DNA from: Blasia pusilla
Taxonomy: Eukaryota
Length of the DNA: 64,000 nt
Direction of reading: 5' to 3'
NCBI GenBank assembly: GCA_050084515.1
Contig: CM114271.1
Span: 41,478,001-41,542,000 of the forward strand
Shown: positions 1 through 13,790 of the stretch, piece after piece
How the letters are laid out: every line of letters begins with the position of its first letter
How positions within the stretch are numbered: the stretch's first letter is position 1
Notes under the pieces: model-generated
What the model was told of the DNA's origin: nothing
The model's input: the letters and a program-made list of their open reading frames with translations, nothing else
The model's database searches: none
Position numbers and translations under genes: made by a program

Positions 1-1250
1 AGATTTTTTCGAACGATGATGGTGTTTGTAAAAGTTTTCTGAATATCTTTTTTTGTCTTGTCGATTATGATCGTCTATGTACTCCGACAGTTCAAATTGC
101 AACCTGTCGGATTGCCACACGTTGCAACTTTTCACTTTTTGACCACTGCACCTTTTTAACCACTTCCAGGCAATCTGTTGGATTCCGACAAGTTGGTTGC
201 GTGAGTGATCAGACTCTTTCTCTATTAGTCCAACTTTAGAGGCATTCTAGCGGGCTTCTTCACTTTGGCACCTTCCCCTAGTTTCGTCAAACAAGTCTTA
301 GGCTTCCTCTTTTCTCTAAGACGTGTTGGATTCCTACTACCTATCGGATTGCCATGATTGTGTCTCCAAGGACAGAGCACATATTGATACTTGATGGGTG
401 TCACCTTGTAGAGCGTACAAGATTTACTGCCAAGGAAGGCGGTGGGACTCAAATCAGGTTACATGGGACCGTTATGGTGTACCTAGGGGGGTGCCAAGGC
501 TCTCGAATTCGCCAACATTTTCGATCCCCGTCTACAATCGGCCAAAGGAGCCACTTGTATCCCACGACATTCCTTTTGTACAGGAACCTATGAGAGTTAG
601 GAGTAAAATTGTAGATGATGAGGCTAAAGAAATCATAGACTAGATCAAATGTACATTTCTGAGCAGCTTCGGATGTAATAAAGGACAAAATTTTTTCAAA
701 CGATAATAGTGTTTGTAAAAGTTTGCTGAATATTTTTTTTTGGACTTGTCGATTTTGTTCGTCTAGCTACTCAGAATTTTTATTTTGCAACCCGTCGGAT
801 TCTGACGGGTTGCAACTTTTCACTTTTTCACCACTACAACTTTTTACCCATTTCCAGGCAAGCTGTCAGATTCCGGCAGGTTGGCTGCTTGAGTGATTGG
901 ACTCTTTCCCTATGAGACCAACTTCTGAGGCATTGTGGTGGGCTTCTTTACTTTTGGCTCGTTCCCCTTATATCGTCAAACCAGTCATAGGCTTCTTTTC
1001 TTCTCTAAGAGGTGCTGGATTCCTACTACCTGTCGGATTGCCGTTTCGGATTCCCAACCAGTTGGATTTTCGTGGGTGCAGGATGGAATGGAATCACTTC
1101 TCAAAATCTTTCCTTTGTTATGGTGAGTTTTCTTGCAAGGGGTGCAAGCCATCTGAATTCGACGGGTTGCAAGAGTTGCAACCTGTAAAATTCCGACGGA
1201 TTGGGAGGGGTGCAGCTTCTCAATTTCTCAGATTTAGGATCTGAATGAAG
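1..1250. repeat. Degenerate ~690-bp direct duplication (1-350 vs ~690-1050) rich in GCAACCCGTC...GACGGGTTGC palindromes; probable subterminal region of a DNA transposon
   Basis: 'ttttttcgaacgatgatggtgtttgtaaaagttttctgaata' at ~4 recurs as 'ttttttcaaacgataatagtgtttgtaaaagtttgctgaata' at ~692; hairpin gcaacccgtc-ggattct-gacgggttgc at 787-813. Confidence 0.6.
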
Positions 1251-2838
1251 GGACATCAGTTCCTCTTTACTCCAAACAGCTAACAATCTTTTGGTTCAAT
1301 TATCGTCTCGTTTGTTCACATTTCACAAATTTGGTCTTGAGCAGACACCATTCATTATGGGGCAATTCAAGGGAGGCCATTATAGCAAGCAAAAAAGACG
1401 TACGCATCCGGGTGAGGTCTCATGACACATTAACACTTTAGAGACACTTGGGAATGGGGGAAGCTCAACAATTCTCATTCTGGTACTGTGTTGCCAATGG
1501 TTTTCCATAATGTATGATGAGTATTGATGCCTGGTCAAGAAGAGTCAACAATCATTTACAGGCATTTCCTTGTGCCTTTCTTTTGCAAGAAGAGATGTCA
1601 ATCCATAATGTCAACCAAATATTCCGAGAAGTTAAACCTTGAAAAGCACCGCAGTCTGTTGAGACCATCGTTAGAGTCTTTATTTGAATCTTTCATTGAG
1701 ATGAGATTGCTACTTTTGGTCAAATTATTTGCCAATGGTCCTCCAAAAAAAATACCCTTCGGCACAGCTTATTGTAGACTGAGACAAGCAATGTGAAGAA
1801 ACTTAGGCTCACATGGAGAGTGATGGAAAAATGTTTGTAGTGGTCTTATGATATCTACTTGTTTTTCGCCCCTTGGAAAAAGAGGTTTCTTTAGGCCCGA
1901 ATGTGGACTACTACATACTCTCTTCTTAAGATTTCATGAATTTGAAAGCAAACAAAAATTTCAAATATGTCAAAAAGTTTTGAAGAGAGAAGGCGGATTT
2001 GGCCCTTTTTTTTAAAGAGAGACTCTCCTCTCTTCCTCCTTCCTGCCAGAATACCAGCCCCCCGTCGGAGGTCGACGGGTTGCACGCTTCCCTCATCTTG
2101 GAAAAATAGGCGAGGTATCTAGGCAACCCGTCGGTTACAGAAAATTTGCACTCTTTTCTATCCCTCGGGTAACAATGCGACAACGGATAGTTCGGAGGCA
2201 ACCTCTTGCAATCCGACGGGTCACAAGGTCTACCCTGAGTTGGACAATCCCGTAACAATCCCCAAGAATTAGTTACCTTAGCAAATGCAAGCGATGTCTC
2301 GTGTTTGATGTTAGCAAAATCGTCTCAAAAGACCATTGTTTGGCATGAAGGGGGTACCAACCCAACGGCCTCAGACGGCTTCCAATTTGCATTGGGACAC
2401 GGAAACAAAAAACGGAACTGGATGTTTCGAAACCCACGTCTCTGATTCCCAAATTCTGCAACCCATCGGACTCGGACACGTTGCAATAGAGTTGAATCCA
2501 TCTTGTCAGACAATCTCACCTACCAAACTTCATCTTGTTAGTCAAATTTTGTCATGAGAATCTGAGTCCCTATTCACTATAAATTGAACATTCTCATTCC
2601 TATTCTCATTCTCATACCCATTCTTATCCTCATTCTTATTCTCACTCTCCTCTTGGTGGAATCTTCTGGGAATGGATAATTATGTGAAGCTCACTTATGG
2701 CAGTCATCTAGCGGCCCTTCCTCAATCAGAAATCGTTTGACCGCAACCTTGTGAGTCTTTCATACTAGTGGATGAAAATTTTCTCTCAGTTCGATTTCTT
2801 CTCCAAATTGGAACCATCTTTGTGTCCAAGGATGTTGG

Positions 2839-5800
2839 GTGGACGGTACGGAGGACATAATAGGTGAGACAATCCAGCCAGTGATTGCAGACCGTAAAGT
2901 ATGGAATCTCCTACCTCTAACAAATGGTCAATACAAAGTTTACGGCTTGCTTCTGAATTCCTCAGTTTCCCAAGTAGACGGTCGAGAATTTCCTAGTGCA
3001 CCGAGCTCTACTTTTGCAACTCCTAGCTCAATAGATCTGGCATCGACTCCAACTTCACACGTTCGTTACAATGTTGTACTTCCTGAAGAAATTCTTGATG
3101 TTGTCAACCTCAGTGGATCTGTCGGACACCAACCGGGCCCTCTGTCCGCCTACTCGTTCCTCTTGCGAATATCAGGCAATAGTTTGCTATCGTCTCTGGC
3201 CTTGAAAATTTTCAAGCACATTCTTGTCGACCAGTTGCCGCCCACATATGATGGTAATTGCATTTTTGAGTTGCCTCCACTTGCTGCTCCTGCTCAAAAG
3301 AAAGATGGAGGACGCTTGAAGGGTATGGACAGAAAGTCTGATTGTCATCGATGGTACACAATTCAACGGACTAGTGCTTCAACTCCTGATGGTCCTTGGA
3401 TTGTCTCCCGCCGCCAATGCGTTGGAGCCTTGGAGTGTAGAAGTCCAGCATGCCCGTATCTAGAGCGCAACGGGCGGGTCAATACGTCGTAATTCCCTCC
3501 CAAGAATGCAGAAACTCCATATGAGGTCGGTGCCACCATACCGCCGGGAGGCCATCGATGTCCTCATTGTCAGGCATCCCCTTCCCGCGTTGGAGCGTGT
3601 CTTGCATGCATATTTTTAATTGTCCACGACTTGGGTTCCACGTCAGAGTACACAAGGTTGGCAGTTCATGTTGGCTCCCAAACTCATCCTGTGACCGATT
3701 CAATTCAGAGACACATCAAGGAGGATGTGGCAAAGAAAGTGGCCGAAGTCTACAGAAACTCTCCGGGTTCAAAGCCCGGAGTGATCAAGTTAACAACATC
3801 ATCACAAGTTTGTGAACAACTGCTTGGAATCCCTAGACAAGGCGAGATCACGGTTGTTGAGGAGAAACAACTTTGGGAAAATCTCGCATTACTCGCTGAT
3901 CCTAAATGCTTCCGGAATTTGCTGCGTCAAATATGGGTACTAGATGGACAGACGGACGAAATGGATGCCATTTCCAGAATCAAGGCCAACTCCAGATTTC
4001 CATTCATTCAGAGATGACATTCATGGGCCAAGGAGGTGAAGGATCCAGGGCCTATGTCTTCAAAATGTCAACGACAGGTCCGTCGAGTGGCCTCGATCTT
4101 ATAGATTGAATGAGGGAAGGGGAAGATCTTTACGGCAGGTGGGTAAGCTTTGATATTTGCTACAGAGTGTTGAACGAATGGTTGACAATGGGCGCTCACA
4201 TTTATGACCATGTGGAGAAGGGACTCAAAAATATATTTGTCTGTGAAGTAAAAGCAGAAGACGTTGGCAGTTTGAAGATGTGTTGGTTACTCTTATTGGA
4301 GGTGCTGAAGGAAAACAAAAGGCCACCTCCGGAAATTTATGGGTTCATGGCGGACAATGCACAACCTGGGTGGATTGCTATCAGGGAAGTGTTTTTAGGT
4401 GGGGAGGTTCAACTGGAGAGAGAAAGGTCGGATGCTTTCCATTGGCAACAGTCTGTGACCCAGTACACCAAATCTTGCATCAAGGAGCATAAGAGGATGG
4501 AGCATGTCACTCTACTCCAACGCTGCAAGGACATCAAAACCTTGAAACAGGCCATGGAATGCCAACAATAAATTCATGGATGATGGAGGAAACATGCAAT
4601 TGAGAGGAAGTACAAAGAGTTATGCTCTTGGCTGTGTTGGTGGACTGTACGAATGAGACAATGGGGAAACTTCATGCGGAAGGTGAGTTCACTAATTTGT
4701 CTCGCTGAAAATTGTTTGAAGAGTTGCAGCTAAAGTTGAGAAGTGTGGGCACTATAGGGATTTCAAACCAAAGAAACCAAGAAACTTGTCAGAAATGACA
4801 GGTTGCGTGAGTGTTCAACCCGTCGCTTACCAACGAGTTGCCTGAGTGTGCAACCAGTCGGAAACCGACGGGTTGCAAGTCGCATGGACAAATTTACTTG
4901 CAACCCGTCGAAATCGGACGGGTTGACGGGTTCCTTGAGAGTGCAACCAATTGGAAAAGGACGGGTTGATGGGTTGCTTGAGTATGCAACCAGTTGGAAA
5001 AGGATGGGTTGCAAGTCGCATGGCCAAATTTACTTGCAACCTGTCGAAATCCGACGGATTGCACTAGGGAGTTTCTAGGTGTTGCAACACGTCAGGAACC
5101 GACAGGTCGCAAGGTTATTCATGGGATGCCTTGGCCTTGCAACCCGTCTGGTTCTGAAAAGTAGCTTATTTCTTTGACTTCTGAGCTATTTTTGTTCCCT
5201 TCTCACATTGGGGTCGTTGCAAGGATTGAACATTCATGAAAATGCCCTCTGCCCCAACACAAGTGGAGCAGAAAGTGTTCATTCCTCTTGGAGGTCGTCA
5301 CAAGCATGCCAAAGAATTTCACTTGTGGAGGCATGCCAACAAGACCAAGCAAGAGCAATGCTTCAGTGTGCAACATCCCATATCTTCCTCATAAAAGCCA
5401 TAACAAAAGGAAGGGGGCCTTCGATCTACGAGCTCTATGTCAGGGCAGCTGTGAGATCGGGTGATGAGAAACTCTATGTGGAAGCCTTCAACCGGTGCAT
5501 AGCAAGAACTCCCCTCGAGCAAGACGTACACATTGGTGGGGATATTTGTGGGCGCGTTTCAAGACGTCCCATACAGATGGTGGTAGAGCAGTCCGAGCAA
5601 AACTCGTGGAGACCACATAAGTATCTTGACTTCACGCAGGTGAAGAGACAGCATCGAGGAACGAATCCGGTGATTGATTTGGATGAGGAAATTACACCGC
5701 CCAGGTATTGGGGGACCCCGGATTGCTCCCAAATCCGTGATGCAGTAACTTCTCCCAAATCAGTGAATGTTTTATTTCAAAAGCCCTCCGTTGCTAGAAG

Positions 5801-6700
5801 TTCGCAACATCCGATTGCTGGGGTGGTTCAACAGTATGGGATTCCGGTCATGGAGGTGGATTGCAACCTGAAATGGTGGCATATATCTCGGAGCAACCCC
5901 GGACGTGGATCCACTTGCAGGGCAGGATCTGATGGCATGAGGAGAGCATACGTCACTTTCCTAAATAAGAACTGTACAAGGACTAGATATATGACCACTG
6001 CGTGGGTTTTGGGGACTCAAAACCTTTGATCGTTTCACGAGGACCGTGGATCAAGTGAAGTACTTCTTCTGCCCAAATGAATCTTGGGATTTCCGCAAGT
6101 CTTATCCGGCTGCCACTAGAGCTCCGGGGAATACCCCCATGATTTGGCCCATTGCCGCAGGTACAAATTGCACTCAAGACGAAGTGGACAATCTTACAAG
6201 TGCCGGTTTCAGACTCATAGACGGAGGAAGTTCGGAGCATGTTCGTATTATAGAGACCTTCGCATTTTATATTCAACCCAAGATTGATGTCAACATGTAC
6301 CCGGAGAAGGTGGATGATCTCAATCCACTATTTCTGTTTGAGTCTAGAAATGGGGTGAAGAGAAACAGAATGTGTAGGCCAACAGTGGAGAGAGCAAAGC
6401 GAATTGCATCAGCTCGAGAGGCAAAAATGGAGATCATCGCCACAAAAGATGTCCACAGTGGCAATGGAATAGGAAGGATGTATTGGGTCAGGAACAACAC
6501 TGTAAATTCAAGTGTCAAAGGGGTGTATGTGATGCACATCCGTTGCTTTCCCACATGTTCATGTGATGACTTTGTCCAAAGAGAGACAAGTAAGCAAAAG
6601 GTATTTCCCTTGTAAGCACATGTACTATGTGTTGCTTGTAGTTTTAAGAGAGTGGGAGGTAGGAGTAGGAATCCACCAACCAATTCTGTCCCTCAAAGAA
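2839..6700 (+). mobile_element. Mutator-like (MULE) transposase pseudogene with GCM-like Zn domain, DDE core and SWIM finger
   Basis: Frameshifted ORFs 2839-3492, 3631-4017, 4110-4571, 5208-6029, 6046-6615. Motifs: RRQCVGALECRSPACPY (GCM-like), WVSFDICY...FMADNAQ (MULE DDE-like), CFPTCSCDDF...(frameshift)CKHMYY (SWIM). Confidence 0.7.
4683..5217 (+). repeat. Probable intron of the MULE gene, filled with palindromic CAACCCGTC/GACGGGTTG repeats
   Basis: Donor AAG/gtgagt at ~4683; pyrimidine tract ~5165-5205; perfect 15-bp stem 4866-4880 / 4896-4910; tandem units at ~4847 and ~4982. Confidence 0.55.
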
Positions 6701-7124
6701 GTGCGAAGTATTCTAAACAAACCACTTTGAGGATGCAAAATGAGGTTTTAGATTGTACTTTCATTTTTCCAGAACCTTCACTTTGAGTTTGAACTCTATT
6801 CAGCCCAAGGCAAATGATAGATTTTTTCCAGACCTTGGATGGAAAAAGTGATTGGTTCCACACTTATGATTCCACTGATTTTTCAGTTTTCTAAATTTTG
6901 TGCAATTTGCAACTGTCGGAGTCAAAGGAGTTGCCAAAATGTGGAAGAGGAAAAAAAAAACTATGGGGGTGCTTAAGAACTGAGCAGAAAAGTGCAAAAA
7001 AATTCACACCAAAAGTTTCCTCTCTTCAACCCAACGGAAACTCTCTTCAAATCGCAGGAAACTCTCTTAAAAAAAAGTATCTCTTTCGGTTGAAGGTAGT
7101 TTCCTCTCTTCCTCTCCTCTTACC

Positions 7125-8673
7125 GCACCTTGATTGGAGCATGTTGGGGCTTGGAGCGGTGCTCACCCAGCATGATGATGAGGGTAGAGAGTTCGTGGTG
7201 GCTTACGCTAGCCGCTCGAACAACGTTGCAGAGGCAAAGTACAACTCGTATGAGGGTGAGTGCTTGGTTGCAGTGTGGGCTGTCACGCATTTCAGGTGTT
7301 ACTTATTTGGAAACCTCTTTACCATCATCACTGATCATCAACCAATGAAGTGGTTCATGGAGTCCGACAATCTTATAGGGAAGCTTGCGAGATGGGCTTT
7401 GTAGTTGCAGGAGTATGATTTTCAGGTGGTACAAAGACCTGGGACGCTCAACCAGGATGCAGATGGGTTGAGTCGTAACCCATGCCCGAGTGAGCGAGAT
7501 GCGATTGGAACTAGATGGCATGGAGAGAGTGATGAGGAGTCAGTGCTAGGATGGCACGCGTCAAACTATTTAGGCATGTTGGCTATGGAGAGCCAGAGTG
7601 TGGAGACTTTGATGGCGAGGTCTAGTGGAGAGTCCTTGGATCCCGAGTCCAGTGAGGAGATGACAGGTGGCCGAGATATTCATGATGATGGAGTAGTCTT
7701 GGAGTACCTTTGTACTAGCAGCATTGCGAGTATCGTGGGTGCTAGAGAGCGCGATCAGATCCTACAACGGGCCACACGGTTCTGTTGGGAGGGGACATAT
7801 GTTTTGAGTTTGGGAGGATGGCAGAGTACGCGTAGTGCCACATCCTTTGCAAAGAGCACGACTAGTACAACATGCCCATAAGGAGTTGGGTCACTTTGGG
7901 GTGAAGCGGATGTACAGCTTGCTCCAGATTCAGTATTGGTGGCGAGGCATGCAGACTGACGTTCAACAGTTTGTTGCCATGTGCATGGTGTGTGATTGGG
8001 TCCGAGCTTCGTTCAATGCTCCGACTCCATAGTTGCATCCATTACCGATCATGGGCTTAGGGTATAGATGGAGTTTGGATTTTGCAAGATCTTTGCCTTT
8101 GATGGAGCGTCACAGTCATTATGTGTTGGTGATGGTCGAGCACTTTTCGGAGTGGATCAAGTTGGTTGCATTGCCTAACAAAGCAAGTAAGGGAGTAGCT
8201 TATGCCTTCCTTGACAGAGTATTGAGTCATTATGGCGCATCAGCTGAGGTGTTGACACACCAAGGTATCGAGTTTCGCGGTGAGTTCCAGGCCTTGTGTG
8301 ATCTAGCGCTGATCGACCACCGCAAGACTTTGCGAGATCATCCCAAGGCGGATGGATTAGCAGAGAGAGTTGTGCGGACGATGTAGAGGGGTTTACGCAA
8401 GTATGGCTTGCATAGAGGTCACCTAGGAGATTGGGACCTCCAGTTGCACTGGATTGGCGATGGGATACAAATTCAGCAGGCAGGCATCCTTAGCGTCTTT
8501 TTCATCGTACTTGCTACTTCATGGCCGAGAGTGAGATTTACCTGGGGCCATTTATCAAGATGCTGGTGAGGTGCTCGACCTTGATGACCCAGATGTATGG
8601 ATACGAGCATGTTCTTAGAGGGTTGAGTTGTTTCGGAGAGTGATGCCCATGACGTTCGAGAATTTGGCGATTG
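7125..8673 (+). mobile_element. Ty3/gypsy RNase H-integrase fragment, same family as the DNMT-carrying elements
   Basis: HLDWSMLGLGAVL...YASRSNN...YEGECL...TDHQP (RNase H); H..LGHFG...C..C (zinc finger); WSLDFA...DGLAERVV (integrase); several stops and frameshifts. Confidence 0.9.
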
Positions 8674-9175
8674 CCAAGTCCCTGACCCCTACTCCCTTGG
8701 GCCCCAACTCCCTAACTCCTGAGAGAAAACAGGAAAATAAGCGAGCGGCGAGTAGGAGGAGAATGTAGTGTGTGCAAGCTTCTCTGGATTGCAATGGCAC
8801 AAGAATGAGGTGCGAGATCGAGCACATGAGGATTGAGGACCGAGTCCCCACTCCCCAACTCTCTTCCGAGTCCCAAGTCCCGAGTCCCTAACTCCTACAG
8901 CAGGGATGAGGCTTGGATGAGCGTCTAAGACTTTGAGTGAGTCACACTCGCCTGTCCAACTCCCGGAACTCGATGAGGTGTGTCCGACAGCCAATTTCTT
9001 CCACTTTTTGTAACCTATGGTACGGTGGCAGCAAGCAGTACAACTGAGCAACATGGAGCAGCGTGAATTAGCGATTGAGCAGCAAGAGAAATAGAGCATT
9101 GAGCAAACATAATAAGAACTAAGCAATCACGACAATGAGCGCTGACAGCAGTGAGGAGTAAAGACAATGACGAGC

Positions 9176-9347
9176 TAGCAACGAGGCACCGAGGACGAGC
9201 GAGCAAGGAGGCGCCGAGGACGAGCAAGCAACGAGGCGCCGAGGACGAACGAGCAACGAGGCGCCGAGGACGAACGAGCAACGAGGCGCCGAGGACGAAC
9301 GAGCAACGAGGCGCCGAGGACGAACGAGCAACGAGGCGCCGAGGACG
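9176..9347 (+). repeat. 25-bp tandem minisatellite (~7 units of GAGCAACGAGGCGCCGAGGACGAAC) inside an unclassified repeat (~8674-9579)
   Basis: Units start at 9176, 9201, 9226, 9251, 9276, 9301, 9326 with no spacers. Confidence 0.9.
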
Positions 9348-9579
9348 GTGTCACGGTGAGGACTCAAGGAGTAAGCACTAAGCACACCGAGCAGCCACCA
9401 ACGAGGCGCCCAGGACGACGACGAGCAACACGGCTAGCAGAAGTAAGCAGAGACGCAACCACGAGCATTCAGGAAGGAGAGAGGAGAAAATGAAAGCCGA
9501 GACTCGGGTTGCAAATGCCTCGAGCTCAGTCGATCCCTACTCCCCGGCCTCCCTCTCTCCCGAGTCCCGACTCTCGAGG

Positions 9580-9844
9580 TGTGAAGTTGTGAACTGCCGC
9601 TCTAGAGTTGCTCAAAGGTAGAATGCCCTCAAGGCCTCTCCTCTTCCTTTATATACTTAGAGATAGGTACAATGAAGACAAATTAGCTCTACCTATCCTT
9701 ATGCCACATGTCCTACTCTCATAGCATGAGAGAATCTCCTTTGGAGTCTAATGTCCCAACCTCATATTCCTCAACCTCATCCTTATCTCCCTTTTCACCA
9801 ACCTATGGATCCCCTGAGCTGGAGAGTTACAATGGTATCAGAGC
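9580..9844 (+). mobile_element. LTR remnant followed by a tRNA-iMet primer-binding site
   Basis: ...GAGAGTTACA followed by TGGTATCAGAGC at 9833-9844; left boundary uncertain. Confidence 0.55.
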
Positions 9845-12800
9845 AAGGTTGCTCTTCCAACGAGAGTGGATTACCCCTCTTCTTTATCTCATGTATCTTG
9901 TCTGTTCTCTTTTTGGTTGATTCTTTCCCACTTATGCGCTTCATGTCATAGATTCTAACTTGACTATGACTAACAAAGGATGGTTACACTAGGGTTGCTA
10001 CATAGCAACCAAAATAGAGAGTAACGTGCTCTCTTAGGTTCCTTTAATCATCATCAAGTCATCCTTGAAATTTTAAGGTTATCATTGGACTTCCTTGAAC
10101 GCACCCTACAAATACTTGTCAAATCTGCCATAAAAGTTGTGATATATGAGCTCCCATATGTTTTCTCTACTACTCTTTGTGCCCCATCTTACAAAGAGGA
10201 GCTCCTAGTGCTTAATAGAAGGAGACTTGGACATAGCATAAAAAATAGAATATGCTTTGAAAAGGAGCTCTAAAAGTCCTTGTAAACTATCTTTCTCAAG
10301 TGAAGCTAAGGGCAGCAAGTTTCCTATTAACGCTGTTTCCTTAATTAAGATTAATCGATGTCATTGAGCTTGCAAACTTAACAACTAAATTTTCAGATTT
10401 TATTGCAAGCTTAGACATTCATGATGATACACGTAACTGTTGGTTTTTGACCTCTTAGGATCTTGCCCCATGGACCTGGACTTTGCAAGGTCGTAGCAAG
10501 TGTACTTGTGGATAGTCGGTAACGTAGTCTGACAACGAAATTCCCCCTTCTGTCGACTTTTTGGTTACTCTGTAACTGGAACTGGGAGGTAGCAGCGTCG
10601 AAGTACTTGCACCGTGCTTTCTCGTGGCGCGAATCCCGTCGGCGTCCCATTTGGATGCTATTTTTTGTCCGACGGAGCCTACAGATTTGGGACAATAGAG
10701 TTGGATCCATGCGAGCTCGGCCGCATGAGAGTGTCATGTGAGTTGGCAGCTGTGGCCGCCTTCGACGGGAGACCTCTTAGACGGGATGTCCAGAGTCAAG
10801 CGTTGGTTGCCATTAGCTGGTTCAAAAACTTCATAGTGTGTCTGCAAGCTGGCAGATACGTTTGGCGCGCTGCATGACGCCTCGTCTATTTGATGGTGCG
10901 AGAGTTGTGACCCGTCCGAATTGAACCGCTTCTCTGCTCAACAATCTTGCTTGCCGCCCGCTCAACTATTTTTTAGGCGCTGTCTACTTGCGGAATCTCT
11001 CTGCTCACTTCTGTGGTCGGACTTCAGAGGTCACTACCATTTTAGTCGTGTGGAATCTCTTCATTTATCGACGTTGGCTCGCTTCAAATTTCAAAGCCCT
11101 GTGCACTTTCGTTCGCTGCATTGTGCTACTGTGATTTAGCTGTACTTGATCGATCTCATCAGTGCGTCAACACTCGTTGGTATCTTCATTCGATTACAAA
11201 TTCATCGTAAGTAATGGTAGCTGGCTAGGGCCGGTTCTACCCCTGATCTTTTTGAAAGCTCGTGTTCACCCCGGTCTTTAATTCGCAACTTACAGGGGTC
11301 TCCTTACGCCATCGCAAAGGGTGGAGCATTTGTCTATGCATTTATGGTTCTGGTGCAGATTTGCTGTCCAGAGATATCCGATTCGCGTGATTCAGACAAC
11401 TGCGTGCTGAAAAATTGGCCTACGGGCTTGCTCAAGCCATTGTCCTCCAATCACTTGAATTTTGAGCTAGTACGACTTGAGTGTCTTTGTGCTCTGCACA
11501 TCTCGTGTCCCGTCAAAACTAAAATGAACGCGCTGAAAGCAAGTCAAAATACCAGGGCACGTCGCGCCGAAGTCATAAAGTTTGACGTGGTTGCGATTGT
11601 CACGATTACCTGGACAATAGTGAGACGCATGTCAAAGGAATCATGTGGGCATTCAAAAATGACTAGTTCGGAAGTTGTAAACCTCTCGCAGAGTCACTTC
11701 CAAACCCTGCTGCCCAACGTGAGCGTAGTTTTGCAGCGAGGTTGGAAGCCACTGGAGCGGAGAACCTTCTTGGAGCGACCATCTACTACCACGACAAAAT
11801 TATAACTCGGTCAGGAACGCAAGTTAGGCTCTAGTCATATGCCGAGAACACTTGCGGAGCGGCAGGTTCAATCGTGCGCAGGCTCTTAACTACTCCTCTT
11901 CACAAGAATGTGCAACCTTTCTTGCTTCACTGTCGATGTTTTCCGAGTGCTCTCGTTTCAGATGTTGTTCCACCAAAACTCATAGTTTGTCTCGGAAACG
12001 CATTGAAGTCGCGTAGGGTAGCGGCTACGTCGGGCGTGGGTTTTAGGCTCCGTGCCCGGCTCTCCACCGTGGCACCGTCCAACCGGACGTCGTTTGGCCC
12101 CATCCCTTTCCCCTCCAACGGACGGGGATGGGGGCAAACGACGCCGTCGCGACCTTGCTCGTCCTTCTTCGCCGAACCTAAACTATGGGCTTCAATCATC
12201 GAAACTATCGGGCTCCATTAGAGGGCTTCCCGATTAAATGAACACACGGTACCCAAAGAGCGTCGTGTTCATTAGTTTTCTGGTAATTTACCGATATACA
12301 TTTACTGACTGTAGCAGTCTACGGATATTCCAAGCACTTGACCTTAAGCGATTCTACCACTGTGATACCCAAGCAGGTTGATGAATACGCCCCTGATGGC
12401 TTGAAATATACGTAGACTGCTACTGTCTTAGCAGTCACACTGCTATTGCTTTCAGGGCTCGGGAAAGTGATAGTGGGTCGCTGGAAATGCGAAATGGAGA
12501 ACAGCTCATGCAACGTTCTACGGGGGAAGTGATGCATCTAGCACCATGGGTAAGCACGCAAAAGGACTTTAAGTAAGACAACCTAAATTTAATAACTAGA
12601 ACCAACGTGTGCATGTCCAGATCTTTTCATTTCACCGCTATGCACTATAGTTAATTCTGAGGGTTTGTCGTTCTGGACTGTCGTGATGAGAGTCCTGAAA
12701 GGTGCCGCCGATATGAATGTTGATTTTAGAGCCGTCCGGAATCTACAGTTACCGTCCGAAAGCAGTTACCGATCCTTATTCGTTCTACATTCTGATGCGA

Positions 12801-13439
12801 GTGAGTCTAAGAAAGAGGAAGGATAGGAGGAAATCGCTCACCTGTCTGCGAAATCCGCGCGACCGCTAGTGGAGACCAGTTGTTTTCGAATCGGTATTCT
12901 TAACTCTGAAATTGTAGAAAGGCCCATTGAGGAAATTCTTTGTCCCAGTTTTCTTTGGTAACTTCTGGCCGATTGGAGTTTCTCCTCCTCCGATGATTCA
13001 CTTTTGAGCGGTTTGGCGTATTCGTATCCTATCGTCCCCAATACATATAGTCCCCCTTCCTTCTTTCTAAAAAAATAGACCTCTTGAGGTCTATTTTTTT
13101 TATTTCCATGCCCCCTTTTGTATCGTGATGGGCTTCATCCTTTTTCTACATATATATGTATTTTTTTTATTCTCCATACATATCCGTTATATAACTATTT
13201 TGCGAACGAGTTCTTTAACACAACAAATGTATAATACAGTATTGGGTGGGAGGAAGATACAAGAATGCATTTCCTTCCTCCGACTGAGATGGGGGGGGCC
13301 AATAGAGAGCCAAAAGTCCCGCGGGCTTAATCGGCTCAGGAGACACATAAGGGGGCTTCCTTATCTAAAGACCAAAATCACCAACAGCATGTATAATATG
13401 AGTAACACATGTAGAAATGTGGCTAGTATTAAATGAGCC

Positions 13440-13790
13440 TCTAGCATTGGCGTTTGCAACCACCTGAGTCCGTCGCAAAGGCCCATTTGTCTGGGCACGC
13501 TGCAAAGCTATGGAGACACGTTGCCTACAATAAAGTATCGCATTGGCTAAAGACAACTCATTTCTCGACTGGAGATGATGGGCGCAATCCGTAAGGAACG
13601 AGTCAAACCACTCTCCCATGACCCCATATAGAGATAAATCAATGTCCGTCATGAAGTTGACTATAAATGTGGGTCTACTTTACCGCGGCGGCTCTTGCAG
13701 TAATCTCCCTTGTGCCACCACTTGGGCCCGCACCGCCTCCCACGTAAGATCCATCACTACAACATCCTCTACCACCACCTCATACTCCTT
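13440..13790 (-). mobile_element. 3' fragment of a non-LTR retrotransposon resembling the restriction-like endonuclease (CRE/RLE) type
   Basis: Frameshifted translation DVVVMDLT...ARAAA.K..IY...YGVMGEWFDSFL...RQRVSIALQRAQ resembles RLE-type C-termini. Confidence 0.5.

Noticed and set aside
354-690. Possible Ulp1-like protease fragment (KWLLWPIV) on the minus strand
   Set aside because: Resemblance too short and catalytic residues not identifiable
9176-9347. CRISPR-like array
   Set aside because: Units are contiguous with no spacers, and the context is eukaryotic
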